In this document: one piece after another, positions 1 to 13,200 of the stretch
Layout: the number at the start of each line of letters is the position of its first letter
Numbering within the stretch: the stretch's first letter is position 1
NCBI GenBank assembly: GCA_013239625.1
Contig: MU056000.1
Location: 13,591,175 to 13,655,174, forward strand
Source of the DNA: Lama guanicoe
Taxonomy: Eukaryota
Length of the DNA stretch: 64,000 nucleotides
Direction: 5' to 3'
Made by a program: the position numbers and the translations under genes
Notes under the pieces: model-generated
Databases searched by the model: none
Seen by the model: only the letters and a program-made list of their open reading frames with translations
What the model was told of the DNA's origin: nothing

Positions 1-1069
1 ATATAACTATTATAGAATTCATGGCAAAGTTAAACCTTTGTTTTTTTACATTGAAACATTTCCTTGCGTTGAAGAGAATTGTAAAAAATTATTTATTTTC
101 ATGTCCATCCTATTTCCTTGCAATATAGAATGAATTTGAAAGATGGACAATCATCTCTTTTTGGTTAACAGGATTATCCAGACAGCAAATTAAAGACTTT
201 TTGCTTTACCGGATAACTTGCTTTCAGGAAGACATTATGTTGTTCACGCTGTGCGAATTTCCAGCTCTCAGACTGACATAATTCAGGTAATAAGTGTGAG
301 GTCTGAACTACACATGCCGTCTCCTGTAGATGTTTAGTGTGACTCGGATTCTCATATTTAATCAAATCCGGGGCACTGTCAAAACATTTACTCAATTTTC
401 AAGGCAAAAGGTTTAATCCCATACTGTGTCAAATTGACCAAATTTAATGCTTTCTTGCAAGGCTTCTTCCTGGCCACTTATATCAGGTAATACTTCCTTC
501 CTGAAAAATGTGTCTTTTAAGGAGTTGATGACTCTAAGATTTCCAAGGGAAGTATCTATATCTCATTCAGTCAACAAAATCTTTTTGAATTAATGAATGA
601 GCTTATCAATTAGTTTAAAACTCGATTTTTTAAGAATTAGATTTTAACTTTGCACTAACCAAAAGTCTCTTTTATATATATACATATATATATATGTATT
701 TACTCAGTTGCCATATCTTCACAACATTTTGATAGAATCTTGGTTCGTTTTAGGTTAAGCATCTGAAGAAACATAAAGTTCTATATGTGTCTGACCATTT
801 TATTTTGTTTAGGTATTAAATTATTATTGTTAAATACATTTGCTTTGTATTTATTTGTAGAATATATTCCTCAATAATATATTTTCATGTGTTCTAACCC
901 TAATTCAAAAAACTTGAAAAAAATGTGAAATTATCACCTTATATGATATCAACTATAAAATTTACAGCCTCATTACTTGCTGTTATTTTGTATTACCTAC
1001 TAAACATAATGTTGAATTATCCTGTTGAAACAACAATGACATTAAAATCAAAAATATTCATGGAGAAAC

Positions 1070-2470
1070 CTTTATTTAACTAACCAGGTAGAGTTCTATG
1101 TAAAGGACCAGGGATGAATAGATAATTACAGTTCCCTTTCAAAACTAGAGAAAGCACATAAGAGGAATTGCAGGTCATGTGAATGGTGGTAAGTTCTATG
1201 GTGAAACTGAAAAAAAGAAATTTGGAAAAGTAGAGAGCGAAAGTCTGGAGGGTGTTAATTTTTGATAGAGCGACCAGGCACCTCATTAAGATGACATTTG
1301 AGTAACGCTTCAAAGAGATGGGGAGGTGGGGGTGTTGCACCAAGTGGATATTTGATGAAGAGCCTTCGCAGAAAAGGGCATAAAAACAGTAGGTATATAC
1401 ACTGTGACTGAAGAGCCAGGTGGGGACTGTGGGAAATGAGATCTCAAAAGTAACCAGACATCATAGGATTTTGCATCTTACTTTGCAGAAGTGGGGGTCA
1501 TAGAATGGTTTTCAGGACACAAATGAATTGATGCAACCAACTTTTTAAATAAACACTGTGGCCACTGTGTGGGGAATACACTGTAAAGAGTTAGGGAGCA
1601 ATTAGAAAGCCACCGCAACTACCCAGGAAAGAAAGAGATGATTGCATTTGACCCAGGACATTTGTACTACAAGCTGTTGAATTCTGATTATTTTAATGCA
1701 GAATCAACACATTTGCTGATACATTGAATACAGGATGAAAGAAAAAAGAACAGATTAGAACTGACTATATTTTATTTAAACTACTGAAAGGATCAGTGTG
1801 CTATTTTTCTAACAGTGTGGGAGAACCAGAGTTTTGGGGCTGGAAAGGTAAAGAATTTAGTTTGGGGCATTACGTTTGGAATAATGGCTATATATCCCCA
1901 TGAGAACTCTAAGAAGGAATTCAGTGGAAAGTTCTCAGATGGAAACATACATAAAAGAGTGGTCAACCTAGAGGAGGCATTTAAACTCAAAATGGATGAA
2001 ACCAGCTATAGAGTAGGTACAGTATATGTGGAAAAGTTGACCCTAGACAGATGCACACACTGTGTGCCCATGGTAACAGGAAGGATGGCAAAGTTTATGG
2101 GCACAGGTGTAGCTCATTGAATGTTTGGGACAATGGGAGCTTATGGAAGTTCTTTTCCGATGCTTCAGTTTATTCAATAAAATAAAAAGAAAGGGAACTA
2201 TCTGGGCCTCAGTATGGAGTTTGGAGGGTTGGAGGGAAGGTAATAGACTAACGGTATGTTTTAACAACCCACTTGCGATAATCATTGAATGACACCAGCT
2301 AATACGGTTATATGCTTTTCACCAGTCAGATCCCACTGTACTGAAGGAAAATTCAGAGAGGGATTTAGCTAGGATTGATTTTTTTGCCATAGGATTACAA
2401 TGAAACGGACAAGATACTAATGAGTTGGAACTTTGTGCCTTTTTAAAATATAAAAGTGACACTGAAAGGA
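1070..2470 (-). mobile_element. Ancient L2 LINE, 3' portion, highly diverged
   Basis: Ordered antisense L2 landmarks: 'gatgacatttgagtaacgcttcaaagagatg', 'ttttgcatcttactttgcagaagtggggg', 'acatttgctgatacattgaatacagg', 'gcatttaaactcaaaatggatgaaacc'. Confidence 0.7.
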
Positions 2471-2477
2471 AGCTAGG

Positions 2478-3036
2478 TGAGAATCCTGCCAGACAGATCT
2501 CTTAGCAATTGCCACTTGATAAGCAATGAGAGTTCTTGGCTAATTCCACAATTTTACATAATAGGCATTAAGAAAAAAGCCTTTTATTGAAGGAATTTAC
2601 AAGTCAGGGTCAATCACAAAGGCAAGACTTCGGTCTTAGGCTCTTATTATCATCAGAAAGACACAAGCAAGGGCCAGCGTGTGCTGACGAACCAACAGCA
2701 TGGGTTTGCATTCCAAAAATAGGAACCCAGTCTCTGCCTCCTTTCCCTTCTCGTAGCTCAAAAAAATAGTGACTTTGTCAGTGTGGACAAATATACTAAT
2801 GAGGGAACATAAATCTTGACTTAGGTGATGGCTGCCCTGCTTCTGTGGACTTAACACACCTGTCTGGAGTTGGATTTAGGTGCATAGAGTTGGAGGAAGA
2901 AGTCTCTAGTCATGTGGGAAACTAGCTTGTGGTAGCCCCCCTTTTCAAGGAGAACTGAAGTGCTCCCAACTAGCTCGTTGTCCAGGCAACCCAGATAAAT
3001 TTCCATGGTCATATTTGGGCAGCCCTGCTTGTCACA
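2478..3036 (-). mobile_element. Probable solo LTR (ERV, family unassigned)
   Basis: ~560-bp block bounded TG...CA, GC-richer than flanks, with TTTATT (minus-strand AATAAA) ~105 bp inside the left end. No TSD found. Confidence 0.4.
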
Positions 3037-3302
3037 GCACACTAAAGGGCGAAGTGAGACCATGACATATTAAAACGACATAAACTAAAAGGTCAGTAGA
3101 GTACACTAAGAATAAAATACTGTGAACTCATTTAATCACTTCAGCCCAGAATTATTCCAAAGGTGATTCTGTACAAAAATAAATCATTATAACTAAACAG
3201 ATCCTTTAATGCCTCAACAAGTGATTTAAGCACTAATGGTAGTCATTATTTAAATAAATATGAACCAAAGCTTATTAGCACACATGAAAGAAAACTGAAT
3301 GA

Positions 3303-3375
3303 TACTGGGAAAGAAAAATATGTTTATACATACATTATTTTACCCAGAGAAAATTTACTGGGAAAGAAAAATATG
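3303..3375. repeat. Perfect 20-bp direct repeat with 33-bp spacer
   Basis: tactgggaaagaaaaatatg at 3303-3322 and 3356-3375. Confidence 0.95.
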
Positions 3376-4349
3376 AAGATGTGCAGGGTGGAAATGCAGT
3401 GCAAAACAGGATTAATGGTATTTAAAAATCAAGGGTAAATGCAAGACGGGGCGTAAATGGCATCAAATTCTCAAAGGCTACTGTAATTTTACAGCAAAAG
3501 GAAATAATGAACTATAAAGCAAGGGATTTACAAGAAGGAATCCTTTCCATTGATCTATTTCACTTTAATTCCAGAAAGAACCTTTTTGATCTTTTTTATA
3601 TTCTTCTTTGTGAAATATTTAACTGCACCCTGAGATATAAAGCCGCAGTTCCAGGAGGAGTCAGAATGAAGCACAGTTCTGCTAGAGAAATATCAGAGAG
3701 CAGTGGTGTTTGCTCTCTGTCTATTCCTTTTCTCCTTCCCTGCCTCCTTTCCTTTCTTTTCTTCTCATGATTGCTTCTTTACCTTTGAAATTCTTCAATA
3801 AGACATGCCATTATTTTTCCAGCTGTTAACACATGGGTTATGTGTTCCCTTTTCTATTACAGCATTTAATTGGTGACTAAATGATAATGTAAGCTTTTTA
3901 TATTCAATCAAATTACAGAAGACAATCACTTTGAGTATACTCAAACAACGTTGAATTGAAAGATAATTGATTTAACAAGTAAGTATAGTCATTTGAATTG
4001 CAAAAAAAGACAAGAAAAAATATATAAAATTTTGACTCTGTAAAGATATTTTACTATGAATTCTGTAGGCTTTTATTTTCATGTCCTCCATATTCAGACA
4101 TCTAAGAAAGTAAATTGAACAGTGGCTTTGTGATGTAGGTAATAAAATTGTTTGTTTCATGGGACATACTTGGTTTAAAACTCAGTTCCAGCCATATAAT
4201 TTATTCTATACACATACCTAATTCATTGAATGAGACTGTCTTATGTCTTATGATTAAACATGAACTCATGAATAATTCTGTAAAGATAAGAAATAACCCA
4301 TATTGATGTATTTAAACATTTTTGTTTCCTACAGGCTAATAAAGCAGGA

Positions 4350-5670
4350 TTCAGAGATATCTCATATCAATATACCCAAATATCTATCCATTTAACTTGT
4401 TCCGCATACTCCTGAATTTTTCCATGTTTCATAAATAATACCCCTAATTAACCACAAAGTAAGGTATCATTTTTTAACTAAAGTTTAGTTGATTTACAAT
4501 TTTGTATTAGTTTCAGATGTAAACACAACAGAATGATTCAGTTATACATATACATGTATATTTTTTTTCTCAATTTTTCCTTTATGGTTTAGTACAGGAT
4601 ATTGAATACAGTTCCCTGTGCTATATAGTAAAACCTTTTTGTTTACCTATTTTACATATGGTAGTGTGCATCTGTTAATCCCTTACTTCCAATTTATCCC
4701 TCCCTGCTTTCCCCTTTGGTAGCCATAAGTTTATTTTTTTGTCTGTGAGTCTGTTTCTATTTTATTAGTCCATTTGTACTATTTTTTAGATTCCACATAT
4801 AACTGACTCACCTAACATTTGTCTTTCTTTGATTTACTTCACTTAGTATAATAATCTTTAGGTCCATTCATATTGCTGTAGATGGCTTTATTCCATTGTT
4901 TTTTGGAATGTGTGTGTGTATATATAAATATATTTTCTTTATCCACTGATCTTTTGATGAACATTTAGGTTGATTCTATGTTTTGGCTATTGTAAATAGT
5001 CCCACTATGAACACTGGGGTGCATGCATCTTTTCAAATTAGAGCTTTTATCTTTCCTGGATATATGCCCAGGAGTGGGATTGCTGGATCATATGGTAACT
5101 CTAGCTTTAGTTTTTTAAGGAACCATTATATTGTCCTTCATAGTGGCTGCACCAATTTACATTCCCACCAACAGTGTAGTAGTGTTCATTTTTCTCCACA
5201 CCAGTTCCAGAACTTATTATTTGTAGACTTTTTGATAATGGCCATTCTGACAGGTGTCAGATGATACTTCACAAGGTATCATTTTTATTCTCTCTCTCCT
5301 TCCCAACTCACATCCTATCAAAATATGCAGATCAAGTTTTATCAAAGTGTATCCAATCCCCACCCAGTTCTCTCAGTCTCCATCATCTCTAGCATACTCC
5401 AAGCCACTGACCTAATCTATCTGCACAGGTAAAACTTTCTCATTGGCCAGTGCATTTCCGATCTTAGTCATATACAATCCATTCTCTATGTTTGGCATGT
5501 ATGGACTTTTAAAATTAATCATCTACTCATGATATGTCTCTTCTAAATATATTTTGATTGTCCACATAACATAGCCAAAGCCCTTCATATTACTTAAGGT
5601 TTCTTACAAGGTGCTACTTGGACTGACCCTTGCTTAATTCTTCAGGCTGACTTTTGTTTTCTCTTGCAAA
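4350..5670 (+). mobile_element. L2 fragment interrupted by a younger L1
   Basis: Sense L2-like text on both sides of the L1, e.g. 'tctctctccttcccaactcacatcc', 'ctccaagccactgacc', 'caatccattctctatg', 'ctgacccttgcttaattcttcagg'. Confidence 0.55.
4475..5272 (-). mobile_element. 5'-truncated L1 (~800 bp; ORF2 C-terminus + 3' UTR), cetartiodactyl type, with perfect 14-bp TSD
   Basis: Antisense L1 ('gttccctgtgctata', 'ccaggagtgggattgctggatcatatgg', 'ccaatttacattcccaccaacagtg'); TSD aaggtatcattttt at 4461-4474 and 5273-5286 with a TTTT/A endonuclease-type site. Confidence 0.95.
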
Positions 5671-6273
5671 ATTCTCAACATTTGATTGAAGGTTGAGTGT
5701 TCCACAAGAGTATGAGAGACCAGAATATTATGTACATTGTTGACTTGAAGTTACATACACTATCTCCAGTGAATGTCCAAATCAATATATGTATTTTTAA
5801 AATTATTGCCATTTATTCATAAGCAAACTAATGTCTAATGAAAATTCTTTGCATGAAATGCCTGAATTATCAGAAACAAGTGAAAATAAGAGAGGAGATA
5901 ATTTGTCAAAGGTGATATACTTATGCTCAATAAATATTTGAAATTATTCTCAACCACCTTAAACATTAAAAATGTAAATTAATACATAGAGAAAGCATTA
6001 AAAGTGAAGATACTAGTGAAATTTTAAAAAGCAGCTGGAGTGCACTGTTGGGAAGACATTAGCAGCAGGATCAGAAGTATTCCTCACTGTGGAGAAGAAT
6101 ATGAATTAATACCAGTTTTTAAAACTAGTTGACTTGTATCCCATAAATATTAATTGCATATGTTTAATATCAGCAATTTCCTTTAGAAATGTTGATTTGA
6201 TAGAAAATAGAGCATGGAATATATGTATAAATACAGTCAATGCAGCTACGATAGCCAATCTGTGCAAAAAGCT

Positions 6274-6349
6274 TATGTTTTGACTATCGTAAATAGTACC
6301 ACTATGAACATTGAGGTGCATATATCTCTTTGAATTAGAGCTTTTATCT
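6274..6349 (-). mobile_element. 76-bp internal L1 fragment without poly(A) or TSD, inside an older sense L1M remnant
   Basis: 66/76 identical by hand alignment to 4977-5052 of the neighbouring L1. Confidence 0.85.
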
Positions 6350-6678
6350 ATTAATCTATTAACCTATGTATTAACCTAAAAAAGTTCTATGATAAATCTG
6401 GAGGGAGTTAAGGCAAAGTGCCAACCAGTTTCAATAATGAGATCACATTTTGGTATGAAAATGCATAAAACTTCTTGTGAAATATGATTCACATTTTGCA
6501 TGGAAGCTATTCCTCTGCAAATGAACATGTAACCTGACAGATTAATAAACATAGAGATGAGTCAGGGAGAGTGGTTATTAACAGTATGTGACAGTTTACT
6601 GAGTACATTGGAAAGGTAGCTGTCTTTTCTTTTAGCATTTTTGATCCATATTTTCATTAAAAAAGAAGGATGTCAGAA

Positions 6679-7099
6679 CTAGAGATTGTCATTCTAAGTG
6701 AAGTAAGCCTGAAAGAGAAATACCATATATCACTTATATGTGGAATCTAAAAAAAAAAAAAAGACAAATGAACTTATTTACAAAACAGAAACAGACGGAA
6801 AGACAGAAACCAAACTTATGGTTACCAGGGGGAAAAGGGGGTGGGAAGGGATAAATTGGGAGTTTGAGATTTTCAGATACTAACTAATACATATAAAATA
6901 AATAAACAAGTTCATACTGTATAGCATGAGGAAATATATTCAATATCTTATAGTAATTTATGAAAAAGAATATGAAAACTAATATAAATATATGTTCCTG
7001 TATGACTGAAGCACTGTGCTGTACACCAGAAACTGACATAACATTGTAAACTGACTATACTTCAATTAAAAAATTATATATAGAGATATATATAAAAAA
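6679..7099 (+). mobile_element. 5'-truncated L1 3' end, camelid-type 3' UTR
   Basis: 'ctagagattgtcattctaagtgaagtaag', 'cacttatatgtggaatctaaaaa', 'aacttatggttaccagggggaaaagggggtgggaaggg', 'cattgtaaactgactatacttcaatt', then an A/TA tail. Confidence 0.92.
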
Positions 7100-8328
7100 G
7101 GGATATTGGAAAGATGACCTATCAGATGACAGTATCTCTTTTAAGTATTTGATTCTTATGGAAGAGAGATGAGTGTAGACCCTGTCCAGAACAAAGTACT
7201 CATTCATGCAGCACATTTCCAGAGACAGCTAGGAAAAAGAGGAGAATGTCATTTTAATCATCGTCTCCACTCTCATTAGAGCCCAAGATGGTCTTACCCC
7301 AGTGTCTGGCCCATTGGTTAGAATGTGTAGAATACAGAGTTCATCTGGCTCCATGCCCCAAAGCACCTAAGGTCACTCCTGCAGCATGACCTTCTCCACG
7401 GCCTCTTTACTAATCACCCTTAATGGCAGATGGAGACTAATTTGCATGCTTTTGACTCTCGGCTGAACTTGTAACCTGAGTGAGTATGGCATGACCCTTG
7501 TGTAGAGTCTCAAGGAATATTTGTTTGCGTATTTTTCTGTAACTAATTAGGTGATCATTATCTGGAAAGTTTTTAGAAATTTTGAAACAAGGATTTTATT
7601 CTAATTTTCACCACTCGCCATCTTTTCTAATAATATTGTTAATGACTAAATATTCTAATCTATCTGTCTCTTCAAATGTTCTCCCATGAGAACTCACTAA
7701 ATTCAGAATTCTTTCCCATCTGTGGAGTTCTAGTTCGAGGATGCCTAACACAATAATCACACTAATTGCCTTGTCCCTTGGTGTGATTTCCCTTCAGATT
7801 CTGCCATTGATGAACTAATCCTCTTCTATATTTTCCCAATTTCCCAAATCACAGATTGATTTCTACTAAATAAATTAAGCCTCTATACACTTAGGAGTTT
7901 GACTATTACAGTTATATTGGTATCACATATGCTTAAAGGCCAAGTGATAACAGATTACATTGTTTTGGAAATCCTGATGGTATTTCCCAACATATGTTTA
8001 ATTGATGAAGATGCCATCCTGAAACCATGGAGGAAGTTGGAGGAGAAAGTGGCCAGACATACAATGAAATAAAAGGATATGCAAACAATTCCACTTACTA
8101 TACATTTTAATGAGGGTTTATATGAGATTGTAATGAGTTGTATGAGAATAAATAGAATCAAACTCATGAGTCAATAGTTTCCTCAGCTGATCTTAGCCCT
8201 GGAGGTATTTCATAGCTGGAAAATACATTCTGAATTTCATAGTTAATTCTATTGCTTTTAGTTAGTTTTTCTCTCATTCAGTATGGTTACCTAACACAAA
8301 ACAATAACTATATCTATTTCTCAATCAT

Positions 8329-8368
8329 ACACACACACACACAGACACACACACACACACACACACAC
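8329..8368. repeat. (AC)n microsatellite, one interruption
   Basis: Direct read; single g at 8344. Confidence 0.97.
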
Positions 8369-10499
8369 TCAAATAGCACGCTATTTGAACACTACAGAAA
8401 AGCTGAATGAATTGTGCTTTTCAAATTATTTTAATCTAACATGTTCATATTCAGTGACAATTTCTATTACAGGTGATTTTTTGCTTCATGAATTGAATCC
8501 TGAAATAAAAGCTCAGGTAAACATAATCCCCTTTTTATTGATTCTCTCATTCACTTAATCTGGTTACATTTAATGCTCATTCAAATTATAAATGAGAACT
8601 GAAATGCAGGGCAGTCTATTCTTGAAAAGTGAACGCTTTAGCGACTGGTCTCCCATAGAAATGGAAGGTAATATTTTAGTTTAACATCACATAGGTTAAG
8701 TTTCAGACAGAGTATATTTCCAATCCCACCCCCAATTATGAAATAACTGCAGATACGTTCTTTATCCAAATGCTTGGTATGTGCTCAGTAAGTGCTAATT
8801 CTTTTGAAACAACGAAAATAATAATTATGTATTTTCTGTTTTAATTTGTATGTAATCATTTAAGCCGTCTTTCCAATGCCAACCATTTAGTGCTTAGTTC
8901 TAGATTTTATGTAATATGTCTCACTCAGTGAAGTAAAACAATGTTTTTCAAGCAAAATTTTTGTTTCTCTATTGGGTGGGTGATAATTATTTCCTATGAC
9001 TATTCTATAAAGAAAATAGAAGTAACAAAGCAGAAACCCATTCCATTGTCCTTCTGGGAGAAGGGAGAGTAATTACTAGCCCTAGTAAGTTACAAGTGAT
9101 GTGGACCTACTGAAGCCGTAGGCCAATTTGGAGGAAAATTCAACATTTTTCAATGGTGCCATTGCAAATCTTTATGTAATATATAGTGATGATTTAATTT
9201 TAAGAAGATATGGAACAAATAACTTATTAATTGTTCATGTTACAGCTAATATATACAATGTACTACAAGACCACTTGGGCGTACACACCATTTAAAGCAT
9301 GGTTTCATATTTGTAGTATCAATTAGAACTGAAAAGAATTATTCTTTGAATTTTATTTCTAGAGACTCTTACTCATACTCTCCCTTATGAACTATATATG
9401 TTATTTGCAAGCTGTTATTCTTTTTTAAAATTTATTATAACTTGGGAAGAAAGCAGAGATGTGAATTAATTAGAGAAAATATGTTCTCATATTACTCTAA
9501 AACATGAAAATCTTAACTTCAGCTTATTAAATATATTTGTACAAATAAAAATGAAGTGTGAAGATGTTATTATATCTGTTCTTTGGGGTGCACAAAAGTA
9601 CAAGGTTTCAAAGGCTAAACTTAATGTATTTTATTCATATTTCTGTAATTCAGAGACACTGGTTTTAAAAGCGCTTAACAAATGATCTTTTGTTCTTATT
9701 AACAACTCAGCTTTTATAATTAATATTGACAATTTTGAAACTCTAATTTGGGTTTTAATTTAACATTAATAAAAATTAGTCATTTGGATTACCTAAATAG
9801 CATGTTTTTCTTAAAAAAATAAAATAAAATTTATTAAATAAAATTAAGCATAAGTTATAAGACTTTCAAACCTACTGGCCAGTTCACTATGCAAAAGTCA
9901 CTATTTCTTGTCAAGGTGCCATTATTTATTTCAAAAATAGTTAATAAGCAACTAAAATTTAGTGTTCATATAAAGCAGAAAGAGTAAACATTATATTATT
10001 TAACCATAGTGCACTACTTCTATAAATTAATAGCCAAAATATTAAAAAATACTTATTAGGACAAAAAACAGTTTAAAATTTTGTTCAACATCACTTGGGT
10101 TAAGTTAAAAGAATATAAAAAACAGCAGAAGATCTGGAAAATATCAATACTGAAATTGGATAGAACTAAAATTACTCACAAAAGTGTAACCACAAATTTT
10201 AAATTTCAATTACAAATTTTAAATATAAAAACAAAACAAAAGTATCTCCAAGGGAAAAAGAAATTAATATAAATATTAGGTTTATATTCTAAGTTAATTT
10301 TTAAAAAAATTTTAAGTAAGATTTGTTTTATTTAATAAATTTGCAACTGGGGAAGTTTTCCTTGATTTTTTGTTACTAATTTTCAGTTTTATTGCTTTAT
10401 TGTCAAAGAATAAAATTTAAATTATTTAAAGTTTATGATTTGTGTTATGACTTAATATATGTTACTTTGTTAAATTATCAGTATGTGTTTAAACCTCTG

Positions 10500-11780
10500 T
10501 TGACCACTCATTGTATGCTTGAGACATATTTGTGAACATAACAGAAAGCATGTGTCTATACTTTTTGCTTAGTTTAAATCCCTTTGTGGAGAGATAATAA
10601 ATGTATAACACATAATAAGTAGATGTATGAATATGTAAATTATGTAGTATGCTAGAAGATGATTACTATTATAAAATTTTTAAGAAGGAAATTGGGTACA
10701 CAATGGGTAATTTGCAAATTTATGTCAGATAGTCAAGTTAGCCTCCTTGGAGAAGCTGATACCTGAGAGAGGACTTGGACAAGGTGAAGAAGAAAGCCAC
10801 GCAGATGTCAGGGGATAAGTTGAGGCAGTGGGAACAGCTAGTTGGAAGGCCTTAGAGAGCAGTGTTACGGGGAAAAACTAGATGTCCGTGGTAACAGGGA
10901 ACAAGTGAGTGATCAGGGGCATCAGGGTGTAATTCAGATTTAAGGCGGTTGGTAGTATAGAAAATTTGGAGAATTAAAAGCCATTTTAAGAAATTTAGTT
11001 TTTACTCTGATTAACATTAGTAGTCAGAGCTGGATTTTTGAATAGATAAGTGACATGATATGATTTAGATTTCCAAATGACCACTTTATAAGGGGACAAG
11101 GATGAAAGATAGGAGACCAGTTAGGAATCTATTGTAATTATCTAGGTGAAAATTGAAGATGTCTTACATTAGGGTGATCTCATAGTGCTGTGGTTAATGA
11201 GAAAAAGTCAGATTTCATAATAAGAATAATGTCCATGGACAGAGGCGCATTTCTAGGAGATCAAAACTGAATATTGTTCTAATTTGCTCAGGCTGTTCAA
11301 TAGGGATGAACTTTGACAAACCTTCCAGACGAGCCTGAGCAGTGACCAGGCACTTTGAGCAAGCCCGTGGACCAGAACCTCAATGGACCCAAGGAACAGT
11401 CTTCTCTGACCAATGCACGATGGGACTTGTTTGAACTAAGCATATAGAGACTGGATGCATTTTCCACTCTATCCAAACTGCAAAATTTAATCTAATTAAC
11501 AGATCATGAACCTTCATCTTCCTGTTCATAAAATCCTTGGCTTTTCTCCCTTAGTGATATACTCTGTGAATCTTTTTATTCTTGTGTGTTTCCTTGCATG
11601 GCAATTAAGCAAAGTCAGTTTTAACTTTTAATTTTTCCATAAATTTATATAGTAATTTATTCATGGTTAGCTTTTATGGTTATTTATTTATAGCCATGTG
11701 AACTCATTTTAAAGGTAATGCTAATAGAATTTCCTGATGAACTTGGACGTGAAGTGAGGGGAACAGAGGGAGATAAGATA
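10500..11780 (-). mobile_element. L2 (L2a-like) split by an LTR
   Basis: 'ctgatacctgagagaggacttgg', 'gggaacagctagttggaaggcc', 'ggagaccagttaggaatctattgtaattatctagg'; L2 resumes at ~11705 'ttttaaaggtaatgctaatagaatttcctgatga'. Confidence 0.75.
11230..11700 (+). mobile_element. Solo LTR, probably ERV1 class, nested in L2
   Basis: Starts TG, contains CCAAT, TATA-like 'cataaaa' and a degenerate polyA-signal region; interrupts collinear L2 sequence. Right boundary uncertain. Confidence 0.5.
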
Positions 11781-12499
11781 TATTAGCCTAAGATACTTGA
11801 AACAAAAGCATATTGTAACAATTGTTTAAAATATTTCAAGAGGACAGCAAACCCATAAGAGTTTGGGAATATATATTAATCAGAATCAGATAAAACTCTA
11901 TCAAAGCAAATAGAGTTCAGAAAAATGAATATAAATCTTTACTAATCAAGACCACTAATATTAATGAAAACAGCATTGTGCTCCTCTTATTTATGAACTC
12001 ATCACATCCTACCTATCGATCAAAAGATCTTCCATGTGGTATATAATTCAGAGACTGAAACCACAGGCTCACAAAGACTGCTGCAACAGAGTGAATAAGT
12101 GTTGGAGCTGAAAAACCAAAGGAATGCAAGCATTCAGAGTTTGTAACTGGAGAGAGGACATAGCATTATGTACTACATAGCTCTTATCCAAGATATATCT
12201 CTTTGACAGCCCTTAGGTAGCTCATCCCTGACATGGTCAAGAAACAGCTATTGACTCATTCAGCATTTATGACATTAAAATTAATCCAACATCTTTTAGT
12301 CCTTTCAGTTTTAGAGGTAACATATTACTCTTTACAAATTTTATTTAAGCTTACGTTTGCTTTCACTGGCAAATCACCCCACTATGAAAGGCTCTTGCTT
12401 CTGCCGAAATTGCCATAATACATGTATTCCCACTAGTCTTTCCAGAGACGTCTTCATTGTACAAGGATTAGCAATCTCCTCCCATGTATTCAGGTGTTT

Positions 12500-13200
12500 C
12501 TTGGCCATTCATGATGGTTTAAGTTGCCCTAGAACTTTTAGCCCAAAGCAGTGCCCTCCTGGGCACTATGTCATATGCTGTGAGAGTGACCCGCATTCTA
12601 TTCTGCTGGAACAGAGATTTCCCAGGCCTTGAGGCTCTGAACCTCCATATCCAACTTCCTTTTATCCTTTGGGATGTGGAATCAGTACCCTTCAAGCTGA
12701 CCCACCCATCAAGTCCTCCTTGCTAAAATGCAAATCATACCACAAAGTAGAGTCAAACCTGGCTCCTCTGCATATCCCACCCCAGGGGGCCATGATCTCT
12801 CCTACCCTCGGTTCTTCGTGGGCTGCCATGGTGCAGGTGGAGGTAAGCCTTCCCCCAGACCTCTTGGAGTCCTTTGAGATCAACTAAGCGATCAGCAACA
12901 GGAACATGTACACAGAATGGACAGCGATGCCACAGTCACATGTGATGGAGCTGGTTTCTTACCTAGATGAGGTGTCCCTGATAAATGACAGTAACCAGTG
13001 GTCAACACAGTTCCCCAAGTAGCAGTCATCTTAGCACTGGATGACTTTTATGGACTCTTAAACCATTGCCAATGGTCTGACTATGCGGTCAGTCTACATT
13101 AATTCCTTATCCAAGTTTGCTACCCGTCGGGGAGAGAACTCTGGGAACTCCTGCCTTACAAATACTCAAAGTTTAAATCCAGGCCACACAAGTCCCTATA
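12500..13200 (+). mobile_element. Decayed class III (ERVL-like) pol remnant: connection and RNase H
   Basis: Hand translation with stops/frameshifts, in correct order: P*NF*PKAVPS (cf. PLGFWSKALPS), SLLKCKSY (cf. SIIKWKWY), AVILALD, FMDS*TIANGL at 13047-13079 (cf. YTDSWAVANGL), GRELWELL. Confidence 0.8.

Noticed and set aside
3303..3375. Repeat-spacer-repeat resembling a CRISPR unit
   Set aside because: Only two copies, mammalian context, no cas genes.
6661..7111. Possible 18-bp TSD around the L1 at 6679-7099
   Set aside because: Only 13/18 identical and partly explained by L1 sequence and A-runs.
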